Source of the DNA: Candidatus Eiseniibacteriota bacterium
Lineage (GTDB): Bacteria > Eisenbacteria > RBG-16-71-46
Reading direction: 5' to 3'
NCBI GenBank assembly: GCA_963725865.1
Contig: CAVSAC010000012.1
Coordinates: forward strand, 1,280,001 to 1,344,000
DNA length: 64,000 nt
The position numbers and the translations under genes are program-made. The stretch's first letter is position 1. Each line of letters begins with the position of its first letter. Below, piece by piece: positions 42,568-55,555 of the stretch. Under the pieces are notes generated by a model that did not search any database, was not told the DNA's origin, and saw nothing but the letters and a program-made list of their open reading frames with translations.

Positions 42568-43865
42568 ATGAGCAGCCTTCGGAGGCGTTCGATTCCGGCG
42601 CGGGGCAGGTGGTGCGCGCTTGCCTCTCTCGCCATCGCGTTCGCGCTGGGGGCGGGCGCCCCGGCTTCCGCCAGCGTCCAGGTCGCCCCGTGGGCCGGCA
42701 ACATCGGCTTCGTCTCCTCCGAGTCCAAGGCGGGCGGCGTGACGGACCTGCAGACGTCGTCCCCGACCGGACCGGAGCCGTGGAGTGCGGCCATGCTGAG
42801 CCAAGCGCACAACGACACCACGAACGCGAGCGCGTTCGCCTACATGACGTTCGCGACGTCATTCAAGGACAGCATCTTCGCGGTCAGTTCCAGTGGCTTC
42901 GGGTCCGTGGACGGTCCCGCGGCCTCCAACACCGGCGGCGTGTTCATCTATGTGCTGTTCGTGGTCGATCGTACCCAGAACTACATCACCTACCCGACGT
43001 TTGCCTCCGGCAGCTTCGGATCCCGGATCACGTTCGCCTTCATCGCCAACTTGATGAGCCCGAGCCTCGAGATGCTCACGTTGATGCCCAGTCAGCCGAT
43101 TTCTTCGGGTCGGCTCGCACCGGGATTCTACGCCTATTTCTACACCTCCCACTACAAGGACGAGGCCATCAACGGTAACGCGGACGGCGCCAGCTCACAG
43201 ATCGCGTTCTTCGATGTACCGAATCCGCTGATCACCCAGCATCCGCAGAGTCAGACGGTTCCGGTGGGCGGCTCGGCCTCCTTTTCCGGTCGGCACGAGC
43301 GGGCTCGCCACCGCGAGCGCGCCCGACCCGCTCAGCATCGCGAGCGCTTCTGCCCCACTCAGCGCTGACGCTCGGTGGCGACGCAACCTCCAGAGATCTC
43401 ACGGACGGTGGACGAATCAGCGGCGCCACGACGAACAGTTGCAACATCACCGGAGTCGCGGTGGCGGACACGGGCGTCTACGACTGCGTCGCGACCCAGG
43501 GGACGATCCAGGAGCCGAGCAGCCTCGCCCGCCTCACGGTGACCGGACGAACGGGCGCGTCGACGGACACGCCGCGGCACGCGGACCTCGCACTGAGTGC
43601 GCCCGCGCCGAACCCGTTCGGTTCGCGCACGCTCGTGCGGTTCACGCTTCCCGGGGAATCCGACGTGACGCTCGACGTGCTGGACGTGGGTGGCCGGCGC
43701 GTGAGGTCGCTGGTTCTCGGCGAGCGGCATTCCGCCGGCACGCACGTCGTCGAGTGGGACGGTCGCAGCGATCGCGGCGAGCGCGTGCCCTCCGGCATGT
43801 ACTTCGTGCGCCTGCTCGCGGGCCCGGAGCAGCGGGTTCAGCGCGTCGTGCGGATCGCGCCGTAG
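42568..43865 (+). CDS. secreted protein with Ig-like domain and FlgD/T9SS-like CTD (frameshifts about 43290-43440)
   Basis: Signal peptide; ITQHPQSQTV...DTGVYDCV Ig domain; PNPF...WDGRSDRGERVPSGMYFVRL. Confidence 0.75.
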
Positions 43866-43949
43866 GCTCGGCTGGCACGCCTCCCGCGCGCTCCCGCGAT
43901 GGAGCAGTCGACGAGGAACGCTCGCTGATCGACGCGCGGCATGCCGTCG

Positions 43950-45018
43950 TTACGCCGCTCCAGATTCGAGCGCTGACCGGTTGGGCACGAGCACGAGCTT
44001 GCCTATCACGCCTCCCTTTCGCGAGCAGCTCCTGCGCGCGTCTTGCCTCGGCAAGAGGAAAGCGCTGCGCGATGAGCGGCTTGAACTGTTGCCGTCGAAG
44101 GAGGTCGAGCAGGGCGATCAAGTCCTGCCGAAACCAAGCCGGCTTCAACCGTTTGAGCGTCTGGATGCTGTAGGGGACGATCCGTTTCCGGCCGGGGAGA
44201 AGCCAGCCGCCCGCGATGTACAACGCGTAGATGGGGATTCCATGAAGGCGATTGCGACGGCCTGTACGGTCCGAACCCAACCCCTCCCCACGAAGCGAGG
44301 TTGTATTGCCATAACCCACCACTCTCCCGCCCGGACGGAGAGCCTCGCGGGAATGCCAGAGGTGGGCGCCACCGATGGGGTCGAAGACGGCGTCCACGCC
44401 CTCGCTCGTGAGGCGGTGAACTTCCTTCACGTAGTCCTGATTCCGGTAGTCGATTGGGACACCGCCCAGGTCGGAAACGGCCGGCGCCCCTCGCGGTGAA
44501 CAGGTACCGTACATCTCCAGTTCGGCAAGGCGCCCCAACTGCAGGAGTGCCGTGCCGACCCCGCCCGACGCGCCGTGAAACAACACGCGCTGGCCCGGTT
44601 TGACCTTGGCGGAGCGATGCAGCATCTGATACGCCGTGATGTAGTTCAGAATGAGGCTGACGGCCTCGGCGGCGTCCAACCCGGATGGCACCGGAACCAA
44701 CTCGCGCTGCGGCAGGCAGACGAACTCCGCGTAGGCACCGTGGATCGGCAGTGCGGCAACTAGCTGGCCGGGTTTGATTCCAGAGACACCGTCGCCGAGC
44801 CGATCCACCACGCCAACCAGATCCCACCCCGGCGTGAAGGGGACCGGGGGCGTTTCGGGATGAACGCCCTCGCGCGCCATGACGTCGGGCAGCGAGACGC
44901 CTGCGGCCAGCACCCTGATCCGCACTTCACCTTCCGTCGGCTCGGGGCACTCTTCTTCAATCACCTGAAGTGCATCGGGTCCGCCGTAGTGGGTGACGAT
45001 GATACGCGTGTGTCTCAT
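43950..45018 (-). CDS. medium-chain dehydrogenase/reductase (frameshift near 44012)
   Basis: YGGP, PFTPGWD, NYITAYQML and HGASGGVG; C-terminal GVIGKLVL in the shifted frame. Confidence 0.88.
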
Positions 45019-45150
45019 GAGATCAGCATCCCGGTCAACATACGACCCAGCCGGCGGCCAAAGCCGCCGTGGTCCGAGGAATGGGGCCACCCCAGCGGTC
45101 CGCCGAGGGCCGGAATCCGTCAACAAGTGTGAGCCACTCGTATCGTGAGT

Positions 45151-45894
45151 CTACCGAGCAGCGGCCGCCTCACGGAAGAACATGGGCTGCCCGACCGCCA
45201 GTCGACCGATGCGAGTGACCGTGCCGTAGATGCCGGCGGTGTTCTGGTGCGCACGAACGACTGCCTTCAGGACTTCTGGCGCAGGACTTGCCGAATCGGG
45301 ATCAAAGTTCACGATCGAACAGCGAATGTCGCGCATCGTGACGGTGATGGCGGGTGCGTCGTCCCCCTCGCCGAATGACAGCACGCCGCCCACCCACTCG
45401 TCCTCCAGGAAGGGACCCTGCCGCAGCAAGCGAACCAGGACATTCGGGCGAAAGCGTCGCACGTCCGGGCTCCGCCCTGCGAGCCGTGAGATCTCGCGCA
45501 CCGTATCGAAGGCGATCACGGAGAGGCTCGCTTCATCGAAGCTGCCATGGTTCAGCTGCATCATCTGCACGGGGGCACCTAGCCGGCGTTCGACCTCCGC
45601 GGCCAACTCTTCCCCGAAGACAGGCAGCTCTTCGCCATCCGGGGTGCGTACATGCGTTGGAAGATCTCCCTGAGCACCATTGTCACCGCGGCGCGGAGCA
45701 AACAGGAGCAGTTCGGGAAGCTTGCTTGCCGACAGCCACGGGAACCCGCTGCGGTCATCCGTCTTTCGGAACGCCAGGCGCCTGTCACCCTCGAGGCCGT
45801 GCCAGCCCAGGTTGGCGACCTCGAGTCGTTCGCCGCTCATGGACTTCACGGGATACCGGAAGATCGCCTCCACATGTCCGATTTCTATACGCAT
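45151..45894 (-). CDS. MOSC domain protein
   Basis: IFRYPVKSM.GE, GDRR, RRFRPN, EDEW and RC motifs. Confidence 0.92.
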   Translation of the reverse strand: MRIEIGHVEAIFRYPVKSMSGERLEVANLGWHGLEGDRRLAFRKTDDRSGFPWLSASKLPELLLFAPRRGDNGAQGDLPTHVRTPDGEELPVFGEELAAEVERRLGAPVQMMQLNHGSFDEASLSVIAFDTVREISRLAGRSPDVRRFRPNVLVRLLRQGPFLEDEWVGGVLSFGEGDDAPAITVTMRDIRCSIVNFDPDSASPAPEVLKAVVRAHQNTAGIYGTVTRIGRLAVGQPMFFREAAAAR

Positions 45895-45945
45895 GCTCGA
45901 TCGAGTCCTCCCCACTCACCGACGTGCCAGCGGTGCGGCGCCCCG

Positions 45946-46690
45946 CTACTCCCAGCGAAAGCCGCGCGCCGTGAGGGCCAGGCAGATCGCGATCGTCAGC
46001 GCGAGCGCCCCCACGTGCGGCAGCAGCCCGAGCCAGCCCGCGCCGACCCACGCGCCGCGAAGGAGCGCGACCGCGTGCGACATGGGCAGCACGCTGCCGA
46101 TCAGCGCCCACGGGCGAGGCATCGACGCAAGCGGCACGAACATACCCGAGACCGCCAGCATCGGGTAGAAGATCGCGCTGCCGATCAGCTGCGCGAATCT
46201 CGCGGTGCCCACCATGCTGGCGACGACGAAGCCCATGCACAGGATCGCCACCGTGCTCACGACCACCGCGAGCGCGAAGCCCGCGAAGTGCGCGTGGAGT
46301 GGCACCGGGTAGAAGCGCCGCCCCGCGAGGAGCCATGAGCAAGAGCGCGATCCCCGTGAAGACCAGCTTGACCAGCACGTGCGCCCCGAGGATGACCGCC
46401 GGCCGCAGCGGCGTGGCTCGCAGGCGCTTGAGGATGCCGCCCTCGCGGTAGATCGAGATGACCGCGATGAGCGAAAGCGCGGCGTTGATCGAGATGAAGA
46501 TGGAGACGAAGAGGGGCAGGTCCTGCGCCAGGAACTGCGCCGTCCTTGCCGAGTGATCGGCGCCCGGGCTCACGGAGCGGCCGAGCACGAGGAACATGGC
46601 GAGCGGAATCACGACCGCCGCGACGAACCCGAGCGGTTCGCGCACGAAGATCCGGATCTCGAGCCAGGTGAGCTTGAAGAGTCCCCGCAT
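45946..46690 (-). CDS. ABC-2 type permease (frameshift near 46335)
   Basis: YREGGILKRLRATPL and PMLAVSGMFVP...LPMSHAV. Confidence 0.85.
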
Positions 46691-46699
46691 GGTGGCCGC

Positions 46700-47689
46700 C
46701 TAGTCCCGGATGACGTGCCCGGTGAGCTTGAGGAACACGTCCTCGAGCGTCGGGAACACGGTGCGAAAGTCGCGGACGTTGAGGGCGTGGGCGGCGATGA
46801 AGCGAATGACCGCGGTGACGAAGTCGTCGCCCCGCCCCTGCACCGTGTACGTGGCGCCCTCGACGCGCACCGACCCGGCTCCTTCAATGCGCTCCAGTTC
46901 GCTCGCGAGGCCCTCGCGATCGCTCGAGAACACCACGCCGCGCTCGGGGCAGTGCTGGCGGACGAGGTCGGCGGGCGCGCCCATCTCGATGAGCCGCCCG
47001 TGCTCGATGATCGCCACACGATCGCAGAGCCGCTCGGCTTCTTCCATCAAGTGCGTGGTGAGAAAGACCGTCTTGCCGCGGCTGCGGATGCCGTTCACCA
47101 GGTCCCAGATGGCGCGCCGGGCCTGCGGGTCGAGCCCCGTGGTGAGCTCGTCGAGGAACACCACCTCGGGGTCGTTGATGAGCGCGAGCGCGATGAAGAG
47201 CCGCTGCTTCTGACCGCCCGAGAGGCTCATGAACGAGGCATTGCGCTTTGCGGTCAGTCCGAGCTGCTCGAGCAGGGCGCGACCGTCGACCGTGTGCGGG
47301 TAGAGCGCCGCCCAGAGATCGAGCGCTTCCCAGACGCGGATGCGCTTCTGTAGCTGCGCCTGCTGGAGCTGGACGCCGATGCGCTCTTGCAGCGCGCTGG
47401 CGTCACGGGCGGGATCGAGGCCGAGCACCGTGGTGCGCCCTGCGTCGGCCTTGCGAACGCCCTCGACACATTCCATGGTCGTGGTCTTGCCGGCGCCATT
47501 GGGCCCGATGAGCCCGAAGATCTCGCCCTCGAACACCTCGAAGGAGACGTCATCGACCGCGACGGTGGAGCCGTACAGCTTGCGCAGGTGGGCCACCTCG
47601 ATGACGCGCCGCCCGGAGACGCCGGCAGACGGTCGCGACGGCGGCGAATTGCCGACGGTGGGCGCCGGCGGAGGCTCGAGGGGGGGCAT
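46700..47689 (-). CDS. ABC transporter ATP-binding protein (DrrA-like)
   Basis: GPNGAGKTT, LSGGQKQR, LDELTTGLDP and TTH.MEEA; start uncertain. Confidence 0.93.
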   Translation of the reverse strand: MPPLEPPPAPTVGNSPPSRPSAGVSGRRVIEVAHLRKLYGSTVAVDDVSFEVFEGEIFGLIGPNGAGKTTTMECVEGVRKADAGRTTVLGLDPARDASALQERIGVQLQQAQLQKRIRVWEALDLWAALYPHTVDGRALLEQLGLTAKRNASFMSLSGGQKQRLFIALALINDPEVVFLDELTTGLDPQARRAIWDLVNGIRSRGKTVFLTTHLMEEAERLCDRVAIIEHGRLIEMGAPADLVRQHCPERGVVFSSDREGLASELERIEGAGSVRVEGATYTVQGRGDDFVTAVIRFIAAHALNVRDFRTVFPTLEDVFLKLTGHVIRD

Positions 47690-47848
47690 GGGCGCGGACC
47701 ATAGCGTCACTCCGCGGCCAGCCCAAGAGCGTATTGCGGCGGGCAGGGGGACTCCCGGCGTCGGTTGCGGGGTGATGTCCCTGCCGGATCGCGTCGGCTC
47801 GGGCACGTCCACGCGAGCGCGTTCCAGGACCGCACCCGCCGCCGCGGC

Positions 47849-48406
47849 TCAGATCGAGGGCGGAGCGATTCCGAGCATGCGCAGGTAGGTGTTCAATTGC
47901 GCGCGGTGGTGGATCTCGTGCTCCTGCACGTGGTCGAGGATCCAGTGCAGCGTGTACGTGCGCACGCTGCCGTCGGGCAGCGTGCGCGTGATGATCCGCC
48001 CCAGCTCCGACAGCGGTCGCTCGAGCCAGACCTGGGTCGGACGATGCCACTCCTCGAGCAGCCGCTGAAGAGCCGCGTGATCGGGCGCGTCGATGACGGT
48101 CCTCCATCCCTGCGACGGGTCCGGGAGCTCCGTGACCCACTCTTCGTGGGGATGGCCCTCGACGACCATGTGGATCCACGCGCGCTCGGCCTCGGCGATG
48201 TGCACGATGATCTGGTGCGCGGTGAGCATCGCCGGAGTCGGTTTGAAGTCGAAGTGCTCGCGCGGCAGCGCGTCGACCGCCATCCGAAGGTGCGGACGGT
48301 ACTGGGCGTCCCAGAACGGGAAGCACGACCGGATCGTGCCCGCAAAGTCCGCCGCCGAGAGCTTGCGGCTCGCGGCGCGGATCTCGTCGGGCGATGGAGT
48401 CGACAT
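47849..48406 (-). CDS. DinB family protein
   Basis: HIAEAE...W and HVQEHEIHHRAQL metal-binding histidines. Confidence 0.9.
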   Translation of the reverse strand: MSTPSPDEIRAASRKLSAADFAGTIRSCFPFWDAQYRPHLRMAVDALPREHFDFKPTPAMLTAHQIIVHIAEAERAWIHMVVEGHPHEEWVTELPDPSQGWRTVIDAPDHAALQRLLEEWHRPTQVWLERPLSELGRIITRTLPDGSVRTYTLHWILDHVQEHEIHHRAQLNTYLRMLGIAPPSI

Positions 48407-48529
48407 GGGCGGATCCTCAGAGGGATGGGGGACCGGGTACGTCCGAGCGGCGTGCAGTCTAACATCCCGACTGCTCGCCGCTCGGTCACCGGCGGCCGAG
48501 TCCGACCGGCCCCCTCCCGCCGCCTGGCC

Positions 48530-49867
48530 TCACCGGACGTGCACCACGCGCACCGCCATTCGCCGTTGCCCCGTCGTGAGCATGGCCTCGTAGACGCCGG
48601 GCGGCAGGCGCCGAGCATCGAGCGACACGTCATGAGTACCCGCACCCCATGACCCGCGCACGGGCTCGGCGGCGCGTCGGCCGGTGACGTCGAACAGTTC
48701 GAGCGAGGCGCTCCCGGGCTGGGGCAGCTCGATGATGAACCGCAGGTCGTCCCCCGCCGGCTGCCGCCCCGCAAGGCGCAGTCGCATGCCGCTCGCTGCC
48801 GCGTCCGGCACCGAGGCGGTCGCGATCGAGCGGCGCCACAGGCCGTCGGTACGGCCGGCGTAGAGGTCGTTGCCGATCGCGGCCATCGAGATCACGAACA
48901 CCCCGGGCAGGTCGTCCAGCGGCTGCCAGGTCACGCCGTCGTCGTCGCTGGTCTCGATCTCGGCGGCGTTGAGGGCGTCGAACGCGCCGAACAACTGCCC
49001 CCCGCGGGTGGCGAACGCGCCGTGCCTGAGGACGCCGATGCCGAGGTCCGTCAGCGTCCACGGTTCCTCTCCCGCGACGCTGTGGAACACGCCCACCAGG
49101 GTGCTCACGAGCCACCCGTTCCCGGTGAAGAACACGGACTGCGCCTGGATTCCGGGGTGGAGTCCGACGTTGTCGAGCCAGGAGATGACCCATTCGGGCT
49201 CGCCCGAGTCTCGGTGGAACACCGATCCGTTGCCACCGGCGCCGGCGAGCAGGCGCGTCCCGCCGAGCGCGAGGGCGACGACGTTCGACGCCTGGTTGGG
49301 CTCGAACGCCTCGCCGAAGTGGCTCCAGGTTCCGCCGGCGGCGAGCTTGCGCACGTACACACCAGCACCGAACGTGGCGGCGTAGAGGCTGTCGCCACGC
49401 ACCAGCAGGGTGGAGACGTCGAGCTGGGAATCGAACAGACCTCCGGTCAGGCCCTCGTTGAAGGTCTGCCACGTGGCACCGAGGTCGTCGCTCTCGAACA
49501 CGCCCTGGCCCGCCGTGCCTGCATAGAGTCGGCCGTTGTGCACCGTCGCGGTCATCATGAGCCCCGCGCCGCCGGCCACGCTCCGCGAGGGGTGCCAGGT
49601 CGCGCCCGCGTCGAGGCTCACGAACACCGACGTGTCGGCGCACGCCAGCACGGTGTCGCCCTGGGTGCGGACCGTGAACACGTTCGACGCGGGCAACTGC
49701 GGGACGCGCGTCCATTGCGCCGCGGCGGGCGAGGCGAGTACGAGCAGGGCGAGCGCCGCGAGGGCGTGGCGCAACCTGAGCGCGAGCCGACGTGCGGCCG
49801 GACGCGGGTGGAGATCGTGTTCGGGCGTGAAGGCCGAACGGGGCCGGCAAGTCGATTGCGGGTTCAT
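48530..49867 (-). CDS. secreted BNR/YCF48-like beta-propeller with FlgD/T9SS-like CTD
   Basis: Signal peptide; SLDAGATW, SDDLGATW and SDDDGVTW Asp-boxes; LFDVTGRR...LPPGVY. Confidence 0.8.
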   Translation of the reverse strand: MNPQSTCRPRSAFTPEHDLHPRPAARRLALRLRHALAALALLVLASPAAAQWTRVPQLPASNVFTVRTQGDTVLACADTSVFVSLDAGATWHPSRSVAGGAGLMMTATVHNGRLYAGTAGQGVFESDDLGATWQTFNEGLTGGLFDSQLDVSTLLVRGDSLYAATFGAGVYVRKLAAGGTWSHFGEAFEPNQASNVVALALGGTRLLAGAGGNGSVFHRDSGEPEWVISWLDNVGLHPGIQAQSVFFTGNGWLVSTLVGVFHSVAGEEPWTLTDLGIGVLRHGAFATRGGQLFGAFDALNAAEIETSDDDGVTWQPLDDLPGVFVISMAAIGNDLYAGRTDGLWRRSIATASVPDAAASGMRLRLAGRQPAGDDLRFIIELPQPGSASLELFDVTGRRAAEPVRGSWGAGTHDVSLDARRLPPGVYEAMLTTGQRRMAVRVVHVR

Positions 49868-49979
49868 GCGACTCCTCGGGTCGGCGGCCGGGCAGGGTCC
49901 GGGTCCGCCGAAGCTGGGCGTTGGATCGTGAGGTCCGCGTCGGGGGGGGGCGCGGCCGGCTGAGGCGGCGTCGGCTTAG

Positions 49980-50059
49980 ATACGATACGGATCGTAGCGA
50001 TTCAGCCGATTTCACGCCGGGCGCACGTGTTCGCTTGCATACGACACGCCCCGTAGCGT
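49980..50059. promoter_or_regulatory. paired operator-like sites in a divergent intergenic region
   Basis: TACGAT-ACGG-ATCGTA palindrome (49981-49996) and a related ATACGACACG...CGTAGCG copy overlapping a TTGCAT -35 candidate upstream of tetR. Confidence 0.55.
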
Positions 50060-50071
50060 AATGTGCACGTC

Positions 50072-50704
50072 ATGTCGTCGCCGGCCTCATCGTCCGCCGC
50101 TCCTCAGCGACCGGGGCGCCCGCGCAGCCAGCAGGCGCGCCGCGCGGTGCTCGCGGCGGCGCGTGCGCTCGTCACCAGGTCGGGCTACCCGGCCGCGACG
50201 ATCGAAGCCATCGCGGCACGCTCGGGCGTTGCCAAGACCACGATCTACCGCTGGTGGCCCGATCGACCGGCGCTGCTCGTCGACCTGCTGGCCGAGATCA
50301 GCGAGGAGGAAGTGCCGCCGGGGCTGGCCGGCGACCCGATGGCGGCGCTCTGGACGGAGATGCGCCTGATCGCGAGCGTCGGGGACAAGCTCCTCGGGCG
50401 GCTCTTCAGCTCGCTGCTCGCGGAGGCGCAGCACGACCGCGTCGTGCGCGCGGCGCTGGTCGAGCGGTTGTTCAACCCGCGCCGCGAGGCGATGGCCACC
50501 GTCGTGCGGCGGGCGCAGACGTCAGGTGCGATCCGCGGTGACGTGCCCGCGCCCCTCGTCGTGGAACTGCTCGTGGCCCCGCTGTTCGTGCGCATGTTCG
50601 TGCGGCACGAGCCGCTGACTCCGCGCTTCGCCAAGCAGGTCTTCGACGAGGTGCGCGAGGGGCTGGCCCCGCACGCGCGGGCACGCAGCGCCCGGCGGCG
50701 CTGA
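50072..50704 (+). CDS. TetR/AcrR family regulator
   Basis: PGRPRS...TIEAIAARSGVAKTTIYRWW. Confidence 0.92.
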   Translation: MSSPASSSAAPQRPGRPRSQQARRAVLAAARALVTRSGYPAATIEAIAARSGVAKTTIYRWWPDRPALLVDLLAEISEEEVPPGLAGDPMAALWTEMRLIASVGDKLLGRLFSSLLAEAQHDRVVRAALVERLFNPRREAMATVVRRAQTSGAIRGDVPAPLVVELLVAPLFVRMFVRHEPLTPRFAKQVFDEVREGLAPHARARSARRR

Positions 50705-50737
50705 CCGCCGCGAGGACGGGAGCCCGCGGGACCTCTC

Positions 50738-50890
50738 CTACCGCACCAGCACGACGCTCCGGCTCGCGTGGCCGCCCGCCGTCGTCAGTCGCAGCCAGTG
50801 GAGTCCTGGCCGCACCGCGCGCCCCCGCGTCATCGTGCCCGTTCCACGCGATTCGGTGCGTGCCGGCGGCAGCAGTGTGGCGCGTGCGGG
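50738..50890 (-). pseudogene. orphan FlgD/T9SS-like CTD fragment
   Basis: AGTHRIAWNGHDDAG / VRPGLHWLRL...SRSVVLVR*, split by a frameshift. Confidence 0.55.
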
Positions 50891-50976
50891 TCCGGCCTGC
50901 GTCGGGACCGAGACCGTGCCCCACGGCGACGGAAGCCAGTGATCGAGATTGGCGATCGAGCAATTGCCGGCCGGGC

Positions 50977-51204
50977 TCATCCCCACTCCAGCATCTCGTG
51001 AACGTCGCCATCCTGGAACCAGGCGCGCACCTGACCGGCGGCCGCCGCGCCGCCCTGATGCTCGCGGAACGGCCTCTGGCTCGGCAGGACGGCACGAAAC
51101 ACCGCGTTGGGCGCGAAGCAACGCTCGAGGCTCTCCCAGTCGCGCTCGGCGATCGCGCGAAGGAATCGGTGGCCGAGGGAAGGATCCGGAGGAACTTCGA
51201 TCAT
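50977..51204 (-). pseudogene. SnoaL/NTF2-like N-terminal fragment
   Basis: RFLRAIAERDWESLERCFAPNAVFRA; only 75 aa. Confidence 0.5.
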
Positions 51205-51218
51205 CGTGTCCCTCGTGC

Positions 51219-51866
51219 TCAGGGATGTCGCGCTGGCGGCGGTCCCGCCGGTGCGACGTCCTTCCCCGCCGCGGGTGCGCTTTCCGAGGCGGAAGGGCGT
51301 TCGCCGACCCGTGTCGCGGGCGCCTCTTCCTTACGTGTACGAGCGCGCTCGAGCGTGACGTAGGTCACCGTGTCCCAGGCGTTGTGGATCCCGATGAACA
51401 CCAGGAGCAGCGCCGAGCCGCCCACGACGTACAACGCATCGGCGGAGACCCGCCCGAGCCGAACCCCGGCCTGCACCAGGGCGGCGTACGCGAGCATCGG
51501 CAGAGCGGCGTGCCAGATCCAATCCTCCAGGACCGGCTTGTAGTCGCGCTGGCGCAGCGCCCGCCTCAGGACGACGACGGAATACACGAAGCCGCACACA
51601 CCAGCCACCGCGATGGCGAGGCCCGGAGGGCCGAGGCCGTGCCACGGGGCGCTGAAGATCGCGGACACCAGCAGGGCGGCGCAGAAGTGCACGACGTTCG
51701 GGCTGCCGAACGCGGCCATGGTCTCCCCGGTGCCGCGCATCATGCCCGCCTCGGTGATCAGCGTGAGCACCACGAATTGAAGCCCGATCAGTGCGCCGGC
51801 CGAGGACCCGACGATGACGTAGAAGCTCTCCCACGCCTGAGGTGTGAACGGCGCCATCTCAGTCAT
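51219..51866 (-). CDS. conserved membrane protein
   Basis: WESFYVIVGSSAGALIGLQFV...IGIHNAWD; about 5 TM segments; ATGA overlap with the GNAT gene. Confidence 0.75.
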   Translation of the reverse strand: MTEMAPFTPQAWESFYVIVGSSAGALIGLQFVVLTLITEAGMMRGTGETMAAFGSPNVVHFCAALLVSAIFSAPWHGLGPPGLAIAVAGVCGFVYSVVVLRRALRQRDYKPVLEDWIWHAALPMLAYAALVQAGVRLGRVSADALYVVGGSALLLVFIGIHNAWDTVTYVTLERARTRKEEAPATRVGERPSASESAPAAGKDVAPAGPPPARHP

Positions 51867-52357
51867 GGACTCGCGTCCCCCTGAGAGACTTGATCCAGCG
51901 TCATCTCGATCATCGTCGGCCGAAAACCGAGTGCGGTGAAGAGTTGCTGCGCATGCTCGTTGCGGGTCTTGGTCATCAGCACCACCTGCGATCGGCCCTT
52001 CGACCGGATCCAGGCGATGGCGGCGCTCATGAGCTCGCGCCCGGCTCCCAGGCGGCGCGCCGCTTCGTCGACATAGATGTCCTGAACGACCCCGCACGGC
52101 CCGCGGAGCTCCATCCAGTTCGTGGACTCGACCGCCGCAAAGACATACCCGATGACCGTTCCGGAGTGCTCGGCGACCATCACCACGCTGTCCGGGTTCG
52201 AGAGCTGGGAGACCAGGAACCGCCCGTAGCCAGCCTCGGGGTGGTCGACCTGGATGAATCGCGGGGGGTCGGCCGCGTGATGCAGTCGCATGAGCGCGCC
52301 GCCGAAGCGGCCGAGCTGCTCGTGGTCGGACGGGGTCGCCAGCCGGATCGTGATCAT
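51863..52357 (-). CDS. GNAT family N-acetyltransferase
   Basis: DIYVDEAARRLGAGRELM and N..AQQLF..LGF. Confidence 0.9.
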   Translation of the reverse strand: MITIRLATPSDHEQLGRFGGALMRLHHAADPPRFIQVDHPEAGYGRFLVSQLSNPDSVVMVAEHSGTVIGYVFAAVESTNWMELRGPCGVVQDIYVDEAARRLGAGRELMSAAIAWIRSKGRSQVVLMTKTRNEHAQQLFTALGFRPTMIEMTLDQVSQGDASP

Positions 52358-52445
52358 GGGGGAAAGATACCGCGCGTTCGCCCCAGCGCACAGTCCGAGC
52401 GCAGGCGCGCGCGCAGCGTGCCGTGATGGCCCGCGAGGCAACGGC

Positions 52446-52496
52446 AGACGCTTCACCGAGGAGCAGATCATCGCGATCCTGAAGGAGGCGGAGGCC
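52446..52496 (+). mobile_element. tiny IS3-family OrfA remnant
   Basis: RRFTEEQIIAILKEAEA is the characteristic IS3 (IS407-group) OrfA N-terminus; nothing else remains. Confidence 0.6.
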
Positions 52497-52555
52497 GCGC
52501 CGAGTGGCACGGCGGGCTCGTAGGGGCGCCCGAACTGCCGGGAATCAGCGCGGCG

Positions 52556-54844
<2,289 letters not shown>

Positions 54845-54960
54845 GCCAATCCACCTCACACCGACGGTCTTCAAGGTCTCGCGCGACGGGTTGCGCTCGA
54901 GGCGGTGCCGAGAGTCCAGCTCAGACCCTCACGATCGCCGCGGGGGTCACGCCCCCGCCC

Positions 54961-55530
54961 TCACCAGCGGCCGGACAGCCCCGCCTTGAAGAAGCCGTGC
55001 CAGCCGGCTCCGACCTCGAAGAACCCTCCCACGTCGCGCCCGACGCGGACGCCGACCGGGATGATGTGAAAGGCCAGCGTGTTCAGTGCGTCCTTGTCGG
55101 CCAGGTTCCCAAGGTCGTCGCTGAGCTGGGCGTAACCCAGCGCGAGTCCGGAGTAGAGCCGCACATTCGGGCGTCGCAGCCAGTGCGCGCGCCCGTCGGC
55201 CACCACTGTGATCAGCCGGCGCTCGACCTCGCCGTTGTCGGCGCCCCCGATGAACACGGTCCGCCGCGAGCCCGCCCAGGACGTGGTGACGCCGGCACTG
55301 GCCCACGAGTTGAAGTGGCGCTGGTAACCGGCGATGAACTGGACTCCGATCTTCTCGTCGCCATACCTCACCTGGCTCAGACTGAACACCGTGACCAGCA
55401 CTTCCTCGAACTCGAAGATGAGGCCGGCGTCGCCGACGCCGAGGAAGAACTCGTTCGGCCTCTCCGGGGGCTGCGCGGATGCGGAGGACGCGATCAGCAT
55501 CACCAGCGCGAGGGCGAAGAGTGGTCTCAT
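54961..55530 (-). CDS. small outer-membrane beta-barrel protein
   Basis: Signal peptide; alternating beta-strands; terminal aromatic residue (GLSGRW). Confidence 0.65.
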   Translation of the reverse strand: MRPLFALALVMLIASSASAQPPERPNEFFLGVGDAGLIFEFEEVLVTVFSLSQVRYGDEKIGVQFIAGYQRHFNSWASAGVTTSWAGSRRTVFIGGADNGEVERRLITVVADGRAHWLRRPNVRLYSGLALGYAQLSDDLGNLADKDALNTLAFHIIPVGVRVGRDVGGFFEVGAGWHGFFKAGLSGRW

Positions 55531-55555
55531 CGGTGGGATCTCCTTCTACAGGGAC

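Noticed and set aside
52290..52523. Active IS3 element
   Set aside because: Only 17 codons of OrfA remain, with no OrfB or inverted repeats.
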